Assembly: GCF_036321535.1 (NCBI RefSeq)
Contig: NC_087436.1
Span: 108,626,001-108,690,000, forward strand
Source: Camelus dromedarius
Taxonomy: Eukaryota
DNA: 64,000 bases
Reading direction: 5' to 3'
The position numbers and the translations under genes are program-made. The notes beneath the pieces are model-generated. The model was not told the origin of the DNA. It worked only from the letters and a program-made list of their open reading frames with translations, and did not search any database. Positions within the stretch are counted from its first letter, which is position 1. The number at the start of each line of letters is the position of its first letter. This document shows, piece after piece, positions 49,529 to 60,959 of the stretch.

Positions 49529-50656
49529 ATCTCTCTGGCACTGTGGCCGGTGGGTGGGCGGGTCACTCCCCCTCCCAATGCCGCAGTCAGATGCTGTGCT
49601 CGGGTGAGGCAGATGGGCCAATAGCGCCCCCTCCAAGCACCGTGGTCAGGTGCTGCGTTCCTGCCGGAAAGGCGGGGGGTCACCCGCCCTCTCCCGGCGT
49701 GAGTCGCTCTGCTGCTCTGTTCAGCTGCCTGCTGCACCTCGGGTTGGTGCTCCGTAGGTAGGCTCGGGGAAGACCGAAGAACAGCCCCGCCCCTACTCTG
49801 TGCCAAATCTCAGCTCCTTGTTTGTCTTGGCATGTGAGTTCTCTGAAGAGCCAGGGAAGAAAGATTCTATCTGCCTCTGTCTGTAAACAAGTCTCAATCC
49901 TGCCTAGGAGGTTTCAGAGCCCCTGGGTGTGGATTCAGGGCTCGGCCCCATCTCTGCCCGTGTACTGTGCACAGGAGGCGATGGAGGCTTTGGCTGCCCC
50001 CTGCCTCTCTTCTTGCAAGAAGCGCCAGTAATGGCGCCACAGGTCTGAGGAGACAAAGGTTACGGTGCCCCTACCCCCAGGGCACATCAGCCATGTTGCT
50101 TTGCTTTTTTCACAATTTATGGGGGACTGAGGTTGTTTTGCTCGTATCCCCTCCTAGCCATGGTGCACAGCCCCCCTGCAGTCCCCCAGGGCTGCCTCAG
50201 TGCAGCCACCACAGTCCTCCGCCCAGCTCGGGGAGCCTGGCCTGGCCCCAGCTGCTGGCTAGCCTCTCGGGCTGGGTGTCACGGGGACCCTTTGTGCCCG
50301 TTTAACTTAGTTCTGTCAGTCAAGGGGTGCTCGGGGAAGATCTGAGCCTTGGAGGCTCCCCCTCCATCTCACTGGCCTCTCCGTTGGAGAGAGGAGACCC
50401 AGCGAACGAGCGCCAGTCCTCCTTTGCTGCTCCCTCCCCGTGGTACCAGTCCCGCACTGTTCTGCTTTTTCTTCTTTCCTTTTTCCTTTTCTCCTACCAG
50501 ATTTTGGCATCTTTGTCTTTCTAAGAGAGTGATGTTCTGTCGGAGTTCGGCAGTTGCTCTGGTTGGCTGAGTGGGTCTGTAGATGTGAGTTTTGGTGTAT
50601 TTGTGGGAGAGGGTGAGCTATGAGCATCCTTCTATTCTACCATCTTATCCAGCTGC
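49529..50656 (-). promoter_or_regulatory. L1 5' UTR internal Pol II promoter (CpG/GC-rich)
   Basis: The main CpG-rich stretch of the window. The AAGATGG (YY1-core-like) motif begins ~10 nt from the element 5' end (50640-50646), the usual position in L1 5' ends. Confidence 0.75.
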
Positions 50657-50672
50657 TATTGGCTAGTGTTAT
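50657..50672. repeat. Target-site duplication of the young L1 derivative (right copy)
   Basis: tattggctagtgttat, identical at 47771-47786. Confidence 0.95.
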
Positions 50673-51041
50673 GAGCCAGATTATGTTCCCCCAAATTCAT
50701 TTACTGACATCTTAACTTTCAGTATTTCAGAATGTAACTGTATTTGGAGATAGGACCTTTAAAGAGGTGATTAAATTCAAGTGAGCCTTAATCCAATATA
50801 GCTGGTCTCCTTATGTAAAGAGGAGCTTAGCACAGACACACATAGAGGGAAGATGATGTGAAGAAACAAGGAGAAGATGGACACCTACAAGTCAAGGAGT
50901 GAGGACTCAGGCAAAGCCAACCCTGCCAACACCTTGATCTTGGACTTATAGCCTCCGGAACTATGAGAAAATACATTTCTATTGTTTAACCCACTTGGTT
51001 TGTGGTACTATATTATGGCAGCCCCCCAGCAAACTAAAAAA
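50667..51041 (+). mobile_element. MaLR solo LTR (MLT1B-like)
   Basis: tgttatgagcc...cccccaaattcat...gtatttggagataggacctttaaagaggtgattaa...ccctgccaacaccttgatcttggac...gcaaactaa, with 5-bp flanks gctag/gttag. Confidence 0.9.
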
Positions 51042-51164
51042 GTTAGTAATTCATAAACTCAACCCAGCATTGTCAGAGTTCAGAATTAACTATACCCCAA
51101 ACTCCCATAAACAAATTCATCTTACAATACTACTGGCATTTATGTTGTTCTTGTTAATATCTCC

Positions 51165-51597
51165 TGTGTTAGTCCAGGTCTTCCAAGAAGTAGCTCTCAG
51201 TAAAATTTTAAATGTACAAAAATTGTATTAAGAGAAATGCCTGTGAGAGAAAATGGAGAGAGAAAGGCTGACAGAGTCATCAAACTATGATGCAAGTCTG
51301 ACCCCAAGTGAAGGAGACAGGGAAGGAAAGTTAGAGGAACCATCTAGACTGCTATGCAGTGTATATAGAGTTTAACAATCCTTCAGGGCATCCTGAAACC
51401 AAAGTTAGCTATGAGAGGAGTCCCGTGTCTTCCAGAGATAAGCCTAATTTAGTATCCCCAATAAGCTCAGTCACTGGATGGAAGAGTCTGTGGAATGTGT
51501 GGCTTTGGTGCAAATGTGCAAAAGAGTGTAGCAACTGTGACCCTTAGTCAACTACTGCCTTGTATTTGGTTGTCTAAAGATACATCCTCATGGACAT
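51165..51597 (-). mobile_element. ERVL solo LTR (LTR16C-like)
   Basis: tgtgttagtccaggtcttccaagaagtag...aatgcctgtgagagaaaatgg...atgcaagtctgaccccaagtgaagg...gaggagtcccgtgtct...catcctcatgg. Confidence 0.85.
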
Positions 51598-52122
51598 TGT
51601 TAAAGAAAAAATAATATTCTGTTATAGAAAAAATATTCAATGACATTTGTTATAGCACAGTAAGATAGCCTTTATTCTATCTTACTGGAGGGGCGGGCAT
51701 GGTGAGAGGTGTAGGGACCACTGAAATGGGATTTTGCAGTTCGGTGGAAAGATTGAACTCAACTCTGAATGATGAGCAAGTGAGAATTTCTAGCCAAGAG
51801 GAAGGGTGGTGATCAGTGGATAGAACATGACAAGGAGGAAATATCAGAGGGAAGGGGGGATTTTGGCTAAATCAATCTAGCAGGATATTTGCTGAAGACA
51901 GGCCAGGGTTATCACCTGGAAGATGGTGGAGGATGAGAAATCCAATTCAATGTAGAGAGTGATCAGATGTGAAGGACTGGGGATTCTCGCTAAGCCAACT
52001 TAGCAGAATTCTTGCTAAAATTGGACAATGCAGAGATGAACACAGAAGTTCATAAGTCAAAGTCTGGTTGAAACTTTCAGGGGAGCCTGAATAGGATTTG
52101 GTCAAGAGTGGAATCTTTATCA
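51598..52122 (-). mobile_element. ERV1 solo LTR (MER31-like)
   Basis: tgttaaagaaaaaat...attgaactcaactctgaat...ttagcagaattcttgctaaaa...ggagcctgaataggatttggtcaagagtggaatctttatca, with 4-bp flanks acat/acac. Confidence 0.8.
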
Positions 52123-53187
52123 ACACCTCACGTCCAAATTTCTTAACCTTATGGAATGGCTTTGATTTTATAAGGGCAGATCATATGTACCATCTCTGAA
52201 ATAACAGATATATTTAGTCAACTTACTTGCTGAGTATGTAATGAAAGCTTGACAGCCATCAAAGGAGCTAAGGAATTTTCAGGGAGTCTTAAAATTTGTT
52301 GAGGAATCAAGAGTTTTGCATGCGGTACCCTGGATTCAAAAAAGCAGTCAATCATACAATTCAGATTGATTTCCGAAAGCATGATTTACATACCACGTTG
52401 TGCAAAAAGATGATTTAGATAGCATATGGGTGAGTTTTTATTTTCATAGTTAATTATCTGTTTTAACTTAGTAGGACAAAGAAACAACACTTAAAAACTG
52501 ATTTAATTGACAATATTGCTTAAGCGAAAGATCAACTTAATTGAACATTAGGACAACTGGTCCATGGGTAGAGCAAACACTATGAAGATGTTATAAGGCT
52601 CATTAAAGTTTGAAAAAAATTGACATGATGAATGTATGACTCAAATATGAGTCAAATGATAAGATCAATGGCAAAAGTTAAAAATGGCTGCTACTGAATT
52701 TCAAGTGGAAATTAGACCTTTGGAAGGCAACATTTTAGCTACTATGTCAAATTAGCATTTAATTATTTTCTTAAGAAGTTTAGACTAAATAACCTCTAAG
52801 ATTCCTTCCAATCTTGATTTTTTTTAATTAGCTGCTTTCTCCTTCTCTCAGTATCTATTGACAACCTGCCACATATCGAGTTGATTACTCAAAAAATAAA
52901 GGATGTAAAACACTCAGTTCTTTCCATTAACAAGTTTCCTATCTTATGAGACCAGATCATTACTGTGCAGGACCTTTAGGGTAAAGGATATGTGTGTTGC
53001 ATTACTGGTTTCTGCAGCCCAGCCCCTCATCCAGTTTGTGAGAGAGCAGGCAAGGAGGAGTCCTGGAGACGTGGTCAAGTGTCAGGTTGGTGTAGACAGG
53101 GTGTGTGGTGTGGATGAAGACATGTCACTAACTATAGAGATGCTTGAGGTAAAAAGGTGAGGCAGGAAGTTGCCTGTAATTAGTTAT

Positions 53188-53952
53188 ATTTTTATTCTGG
53201 TAAAATATATATATAACATAAAATTTACCATTTTCTCCATTTTAAGTGTAAAATTCAGTGGCATTAACTACATGTTTTGCAACCATCACCACTATCCATT
53301 TCCAGAACATATTTATCATCTCAAACTGAAACTCTATACCCATTAAACAGTGATTTCCTGTTAGCCCCTCCCCATGGTCACTGGTAACCACTATTCTAGT
53401 TTCTCTCTCTCTGAATTTCCCTACTCTCGACAGCTCAGATAAGTGGACTCATACATTTGTCTTTTATATCTGACATTTCACTTAGTATAGTATTTTTAAG
53501 GTTTATCCACGTTGTAGCATGTACCCAAATTTCATTTATTTTTAAATCTGGATAATGTCCCACTATATGAATACTATGACACATTTTGTGTATCCGTTCA
53601 TCTTTTGATGGACATTGGATTGTTTCCACATTTTGGCTATCATGTAAATAACACTGCTGGGAAAACTGGCCTCCAAATATCATTTTAGTACTTGCTTTGA
53701 CTTCTTTGGGGTATATGTTTAAGTGTAGAATTACTGGATCATATAATAATTATGTGTAACTTTTTGGGGAACCACCATGTTGTTTTCCACAGTGGCTGCA
53801 ACATTCTAAATTCTTACCAACAATTCACAAGTGTTTTGATTTCTCTGCGTCCTCTCCAACACTTGTTATTTTTCATTTTTAAAAATAATAGCCATCCTAA
53901 TGAACATGAAGTAATAGCTCATTGTGGTTTTGTTTTGCGTTTCCCTAATGAA
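53188..53952 (-). mobile_element. L1MB-type 3' fragment
   Basis: ataacataaaatttaccattt...gcaaccatcaccactatccatttccagaac. The track ORF contains VHATTWINLKNTILSE (ORF2 C-terminus). Confidence 0.9.
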
Positions 53953-56620
53953 TGTCACACGGTTTTGAACATTATTCTTTGAGTGATGTGCAGACATTGA
54001 TTGGATGTAATCATTGTTTTCCTGTGATTCAAGGGTAGGAGTTCTTTTAAAAGAACACTCTGGCTACAATATGGATATTGGATTTATGGAGAGGTCTGGG
54101 GCAGGAAGAGCAGGAGAAAGGTCAATTCAACAGTCCAGGAGAGAAGACAGAAGACCTAAGACCCAGTCTGTAAATAGTGTGGGAGTAATGAGTGCAGGAC
54201 TTGAGAGATTAGATGTGATGAATTTGAGGGAAAATGAGAAGTCAAGACATTGCCCTGGACCACTCTACCCACAAATTGCTGTAATTCCCAGGATTAGAAT
54301 GAGTCACACCTTCAGATTAAAGTATTCTGTTCCAAGTTAAATGTGTTGCCTAGAAGAGCTAGCATATTAAGCTGTCATTATCTATTAACAGCACACCATG
54401 TATCAAACTGGTCATTACCCATCACCAAGGAAGATCTTGAGGAATACAGAACAGAAGTGCTTTCAAAGACCGATCCATTTTAAATTTTGACAGTAGACAT
54501 AATTTAGTCCTGCTCCCTATGTGATACCCAAGCTCCTACTTTATAACCCTAATCTGGTTCTCCAGGCCCTTGTTCTATGACATGGAATGCCAGATGTACA
54601 AAGAACATACGTATTTGGAGAGCATAGTAGTTCGATTCTTTACCGTGAACTTCATTTTTTTTCCTTCCTAAAAGAGCTTAGACTAAGTTGTACTCAATTA
54701 CCATTTATTCGGTTCCTACTATATGCCAATCACAATACTAAATGCTTCACACACCAAGAGCTACAAGGCTTGATCTCTGCCCTCAACAAGCTCATGTTCT
54801 GATGAAATGTTGGAATTATGTGTAGAAACAGTATTGAGACCCTTGTTCAGTTGTGCCACTGTTGCTTCACTTACAAATTAGCTTAGAAAATTTTATTATG
54901 CTTCTGTTTGATTATCCTTCTCTCTCTTTCCTTCTGAAAGGCTCCAAACATCAGAACTATTTTGAGACCAGTTTGGGCTTTTTTTCATGATGAAATAGTT
55001 AGGAGATAATTCATCCAGCTTGTATCTATTATGCCACAGAAGCTAAGTGATGAAATTAGATTCTAAAAAGAATAAACAGAAACATTAAGTACAACCAAAA
55101 AGACATCTGTTGAATCTGGGGACAGTGAGAAAGTAAGGGACTTCTTCAAAGGCACTTTGGAAATAGGATTTTAATGGGATTGGTATACTTCATTACGACC
55201 AAAGTTGAGAGAGTCATCTATACAGCCAGTATCAAAGAGCCTTAACTTTTGCTGACTTGAAGACAAAGTGAGGAAGAGCTTTTTATTATAAATGTGCTTC
55301 TCTAGTTGGAAACTAAGAAAAAGAAGCACTCAGTAGGCACATAGATGCACAGAGATCTGGTTACCATGAACATTTTCTGTAAGTTTAGACTATAAATAAT
55401 CATTTATAATGCAGAAACAGGTGCAGTGTAAGTATGCAAAACTGTTACAATGATAGGTGTTATTTTTCCAAAGTCGGCTGTAAATAATACCATACCCAAG
55501 ACAATGAAAAAATACTGACTGAAATAATAGCTTTGTCCAAAAATCCGAGACCCTTAAAATATCAGAACAATGACAACTTGAGAATAGTTAACCTTATGAC
55601 TCAATGATCAGCAGAGATTTCAGAAACAAAGATTGTATGAAATCTTGAGTTAGCCATACAGAGTGCGGACAGATCTCCTGCAGTGCAACCAGGAAGTTCG
55701 TAGAATAAGACAGAAGCATCTCTTCTTCAGTTAATGAGGAAGCATCATGATGCTGGGCTAGTGGGTATTTCACAAGAAGGCAAAGATGCCAATTATTTCC
55801 AGGGTTTTTTTTTTTTAAGTGACTGTATTTCATTCCCTCTCTCTTGCTTCCTCTAGTTATAAGCAAAATTATTAGTCATCTCTTGCCCAGTTATTCCCCT
55901 GTTATGCATATGGTGCTGCTACAGTATCTGAGATATTTAGTATGAGGTCTATGCCCAGATTATGTTTTTTGACAGGTAGATCTTGGACAGACTGATCCAA
56001 TCCAAAGCAACTTCTGAAGCTGTGTGGTTTCATCAGTCCTTGACCTGCTAGCATCAAATTACCTAGTATCAATTGAAATTAATCTTATTTCAAATAAAAA
56101 TCAAAGTTTGCAATGAAAACCTTGAAAAAAAATACAAGGAAAAAAATCATAGTTTACATTTTCAAATGTATCTTGTCCTACAAAATTTTCACTGCATCTG
56201 CACACTTAACACACTATGCTATTATTTCTAAAAATCAGCAGGAAAATATCCATACTATAGTTGGTCTCCGAACCAGTTTTGCCAGCCTGGTAGTGAAGGC
56301 CTTCCTGTTTGTCAATGATCTGTCCCCGTTTTGTCTTTAAAGCAGAATTCCCTGGTGTGGTCACTTAACCTGATTGCAGAACTTGTCTCCAAATAAGTTT
56401 TGCTATTTCCAAAGATCAAATCCATAGCATAAAGGTCAAGGATTTTCCTGGCAGTGGACATTCAAAGAACATGCCACAAACTCTGCAGGCATTTTTCATG
56501 GGGAATTCAAAAAGGTGTTCGAGCCTCAGTCACGCCGTTAAACTAAGCATGTGGCTCCCCAAGGCACTTCTTGGGAAGGCACTGTATTTCATTTAGATGT
56601 ATAAATTCTGTTTTTAAATG

Positions 56621-56800
56621 TTTTCCAGCTTAATTGAGGTATAATTGGTGTATAAAAAAAATCTGCACATGATAAATGTATACTGTTTGGTGAGTTTGGA
56701 CTTTTGTGTACACTTACGTTAACATCATCACAATCAAGATCATAAATATATCCATCACCTTCAAAAGTTTCCTTGTGCTCCCTTTGTTGTGGTGGTTGTT
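56621..56800 (-). mobile_element. L1MB-type 3' UTR fragment
   Basis: ccagcttaattgaggtataattg...tggtgagtttggac...catcacaatcaagatcataaatatatccatcaccttcaaaagtttcc. Confidence 0.8.
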
Positions 56801-57414
56801 TTAATTTTAAAATTAAATACATAACTTTTTTAGTCACATCTAGCATTCTTTCAGTGAACAGGGGGAAAAAACGTGTGGGCATATTTCTGTAAGAAGGAAT
56901 CATAGAAAAACACCTGGTGCTTTTTCATGGCTGTTGTCGGTGGTGATGTCTGTGTCTCCTATGGCTTCTAGTATCTTTAGAATCCTCTGTACTCAATAAG
57001 TGACAGAGACATGTCTAAGAAACAGTAGGCATGTGACTATAATTACCCCTCACAGACAATGTTTGCAGTTGGTGTGTGCTGGTAACTTCCCAGGAAGCCA
57101 GGGATGAGCCCTGAAATGACGTCTATCTTAGGACATCAGAGATCACTGTCACACTTGAAAGGCAACCTCGGAAGTTACTAACCATAGGAAGGAGTGGTTT
57201 GAGGTGCCGTGGTTTCTAAACAGGCCGTGGGTCAGAAACTCCTGTGGAAGTGACCTGATCTCCAGTCTGGCTGAATCTTTCAAATGGTTGGTGGGTCCTA
57301 GATGCTGAAGATCCCCATATGTGAGACTAGCACATCCAGTCCTCAGACCAGTATTTGCAGCCACCCGAGGGTGGGGTAAGGAGGCCTAGGTGAAGGTCCC
57401 TATGTTACTGCTTC

Positions 57415-57560
57415 CTCACTAGGACCAGGCACAAGTTACTTAATTTCTCTGAACCTCAGTGTCCTCATTTCTAAAATGGAATTTTCTATCGCTACCCCTT
57501 AATCTTGTTACAATTTAATAAACCACATATGAGATGTATCTACACAGTAGGCTCTCAAAA
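57415..57560 (+). mobile_element. MIR SINE
   Basis: caagttacttaatttctctgaacctcagtgtcctcatttctaaaatgga...acacagtaggctctcaa. Confidence 0.7.
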
Positions 57561-57611
57561 GAATTCTTGTTTTCTCTTCCTTCAACACCACTCCTCTCCC
57601 CAGTCAGTTGG

Positions 57612-57778
57612 TATTATGGACTGAATGTTGATTAAATGTAAGATTAAATTTATGTTGAAGCCTTAACCCCAATGTGACAGTATTTGAAGATGGGGCCTTT
57701 GAAGGTAATTAGGAGTAAGTTAGGTCATGAGGGTGGGGCCCTTGTGTTGGGCTTAGTGGCTTTATAAGAAGATTTGAA

Positions 57779-57824
<46 letters not shown>

Positions 57825-58018
57825 TGTACGTACACATACTTAGAAAAGTCCATGTCAGAACTTAGTAAGAAGTCAGCCATCTGCAAGCTAGGAGGAGAGC
57901 TCTCACCAGAAACCAAATCAGCCAGCACCTTGATTTTGGACTTCCCAGCTCCAAAATTGGGAGAACATTTCTGTCGTTTAAGCCACCCAGTCCATGGCAG
58001 CCAGAACAGACTAAGATG
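57612..58018 (+). mobile_element. MaLR solo LTR (MLT1A0-like) containing a (GT)20 microsatellite
   Basis: tattatggactgaatgtt...atgttgaagccttaaccccaatgtgacagtatttgaagatggggcc...ctctcaccagaaacc...gcagccagaacagactaaga. Confidence 0.9.
57782..57821. repeat. Perfect (GT)20 microsatellite
   Basis: 40-nt uninterrupted GT run. Confidence 0.97.
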
Positions 58019-60394
58019 TAGGCAAACAAGACTTCTAAAATTGCATAAATAGAGTCAGAATAGCTGGGTGGGAAGGGGGAGTGGACAGAACTTTTTGCCT
58101 GTAAATAGACCCTTCTCAGACCATGTGTCTGGAGGAGCTCAGAGCAGGCAGCCTGTCTCTGCCACAGAGAGGAACCTGAGCCAGTGTTTTCCAGCTGCCT
58201 TTGTCAGGACATGAACTAAGATGCCCTAGGAACTTGGAAACAGGGAGAAATAAGATCTCCTGAGAATAAAGATAAATTAAATGCATTATAATAGATATTC
58301 ATGAGAAATCCAAGAGATGGTAATTAAATGCATTATAGAGGACTTTAGGAATGACCAAATATTCCATCAAGGAAATTTGGGTTAATCTCTATGAGAGAGT
58401 CTGGAAGTGATTCTATTCTCTACCTGGAAACCTAATCAAACATGTGTGCCCTGTCTAGATTTAAACAGTGCGGGAGGAAGGAGATGGCCAACCCTTAACA
58501 CAGAAAAGAAAGGGAAGACTCCAGGGCCAGAAGGAATTTGGAGAACTCAAGTTTCATAACGCTTTTCATTCATGGCGGAGGCTCTGAATCCAGAGCTGAT
58601 TGAAACTAGCCTTTAGAGCCATCCAAACTCACCCTGAAATTTCATTCACTCATTTATTCTTTTACTCACTGAACAAATATTTACTGAGTATCCACCGTGT
58701 GCCTCACTGAGCAGGTGCAGGTGTCCTCTTCACGGAACCCACTGCTTGTGTTCATCGTGTGTGTAATAGGGTGTGTCCATTTGCCTTTTCTAAGGAGTTT
58801 CTTAGAAAACACCTTTAATCAGATTTCAGATGGTTAAGAACCATAGGTCAATGGGCTAATTAGCTCACTGTGTTTGATTATTATGATCCAGGAAACATGT
58901 GTCCCTGTACTATTTGTGAACATTTTTTCTGTGCACTAGTTCAACAGTCTGCGAAATGAACAAGGCAGACAGCAGAAATCCTGAGATCCCAGTCTTGGGA
59001 GAAGGGTGAAAGGGATGTATGAAGCTGAGAACAAAGGTTCTTAGCATTAAATTATTTAAATGTTTCTCCTAAAGAAACACCCAGTGATTAGCACCTTGCA
59101 TTTTCCTAAAAGGAAAACGCCCATAGCTACAAGATGTAGTTGCCTTTATTCTAACTCATGAATATCGTTAATTCCATAAATAAGAGATTTATTTTTAGCA
59201 AAGGCATTTTATAGCATAGAGCAGCTCTTTGGCAAGAAGAATAGACAGCGAAATGTTAGCCATAGATACTGATAAGACTTAATGGCATGGACTCCCCAAA
59301 ATTGTTTATCATACTCTCCAAGTGAAAAGCCAACTGGAAAACCAAAAGAGGATGGGGTTGGGGAGAATGTGGTAGCAAACCTTAGGAACCGAATACAATT
59401 CTAAGGTGATTTTTAAACAATAAAAACTAGGGATAATTGGATGTGATTTTTTTTTTTTAAGCTTGAGCAATCAACAGTTTTTCTCTACTCCCATCCTGCC
59501 TGCAGGCCTCAGTTCTGAGCAGCATTGTTTGGTGGAAATATTTTGGCAGCTACCGTATATTGTAGGCTTAAAAGGGTTTTTAATCATCCCAGACGGGGGA
59601 CATTCTATTTCAAACTAGGAGCAGGGTATGAAATGGGAGACTCACTAGGAACAAAAACAGATGAGCTCCAATTAAACTAGCTGTTCTCTGGCAAACCCCT
59701 GGTGTCTTAGAGGGTAACTTTGCTTAAGTAAGGTTTACAGAACAAACAAACGTGCTTCAGGTGTCATTATGGAAGAGCAAGTCAAGGCATGACTCACAAC
59801 TGCTTTCTCAGTGAGATTACTTCTCATTTACTGTCGCCTGGTACTGTTCAAAATCAGGGCCTCCCTTTGGCACCATTGTTTTCTTCTGAGATAATTACTG
59901 AGGAGTGTTCAGGGCACCATTAAGTTCAGATCTCTCCATTAGATTTCAGAGCCTGGTTGCATAATAATTACACTCCTTTCACTTGCTTTATTTTCAAAAT
60001 GACTTTTTCTAAACCCTGAACAGTGTCAGTCTTCAGATCATTCACTTCTGGTTTCTTCTCCTTGTGTGGGTAGCTTTTCTCCTATACAGGTTCTGCAATA
60101 CACGTGATGGCCCACGTCTTCAGGAGAACTCAGTTTCTCTGCCAGTCCTTCTGGAAAGAGTGAATCCCAACACTGATTGCCTATTAGATTCACCCGGAGA
60201 GCTTAGACAACCACCCACGTCTAAGCTCTACTCCCATATCTTCCAGTTTGAATTGTTCAGGGATTTACTTTTTTTTTTTAATTTTATATTTACTGTAAAT
60301 TCTTCCCATGGTTCTAATAGGCAGCCAGGGCTGAGAACTACTGACTTAAACAGTATACCTTCTACCTCATTCATTAAGAGAACTTGGAAAGCCA

Positions 60395-60959
60395 CATGCT
60401 AGCACTATTCACAACAGCCAAGACATGGAGACAACCTAAATGTCCACCAACAGATAACCAGATAAAGAAGCTGCAGTATATTTATACAATGGAATAGATC
60501 TTAGACATCAAAAAGAATAAAATAATGCCATTTGCAGCAACACGGATAGACCTGAGGATCATCACTCTAAGTGAAGTAAGACAGAAACAGAAAGAAAAAT
60601 ACCATCACTTACATGCAGAATCTTAAAAAAAATGATGCAAATGAACTTATTTACCAAAGAGAAACAGACTCACATACATAGGAAACAAACTTCTGGTTAC
60701 CAACAAGGAAGAGAGTGGAAAGAGATAAATTAAGAGTTCAAGATTTGCAGATACTAACCACTACATATAAAATAAACAACAAATTTCTACTGTATAGCAC
60801 AGGGAACTATATTCAATATCTTGTAGTAGCCTATAATGAAAAAGAATATGAAGTGGAATATATGTATGTATACAAATGACTGAAACATGCTGTACACTGG
60901 AAATTGGTACAGCATTGTGAACTAAGTATAGTTCAATTAAAAAATAATAATAATTTAAA
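60395..60959 (+). mobile_element. 5'-truncated artiodactyl-type L1 (ORF2 tail plus 3' UTR) with ~19-bp TSD
   Basis: gcactattcacaacagccaagacatggagacaacctaaatgtcc...tgtatagcacagggaactatattcaatatcttgt...A-rich tail. TSD aagagaacttggaaagcca (60376-60394) vs aagagaactcaggaagcca (60960-60978), with a TT/AAGA endonuclease-type site. Confidence 0.92.

Larger units (their letters stand above)
47787..50656 (-). mobile_element. Young, 5'-complete, internally deleted L1 (ORF1-only, half-L1-like), 2870 bp
   Basis: 5' UTR, ORF1, partial spacer, ORF2 tail and 3' UTR with AATAAA (47802-47807) and a short A tail, all between perfect 16-bp TSDs. Confidence 0.95.

Noticed and set aside
48666..49541. 291-aa ORF as an intact CDS or domesticated ORF1 gene (L1TD1-like)
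   Set aside because: It starts at GTG, both native termini are frameshifted away, and it sits inside a TSD-flanked young L1 copy.
49459..50627. Overlapping ORFs in the L1 5' UTR, considered as an ORF0 analogue
   Set aside because: Expected in GC-rich sequence. The best-Kozak antisense ATG (49981) gives only 16 codons, and no homology is recognisable.
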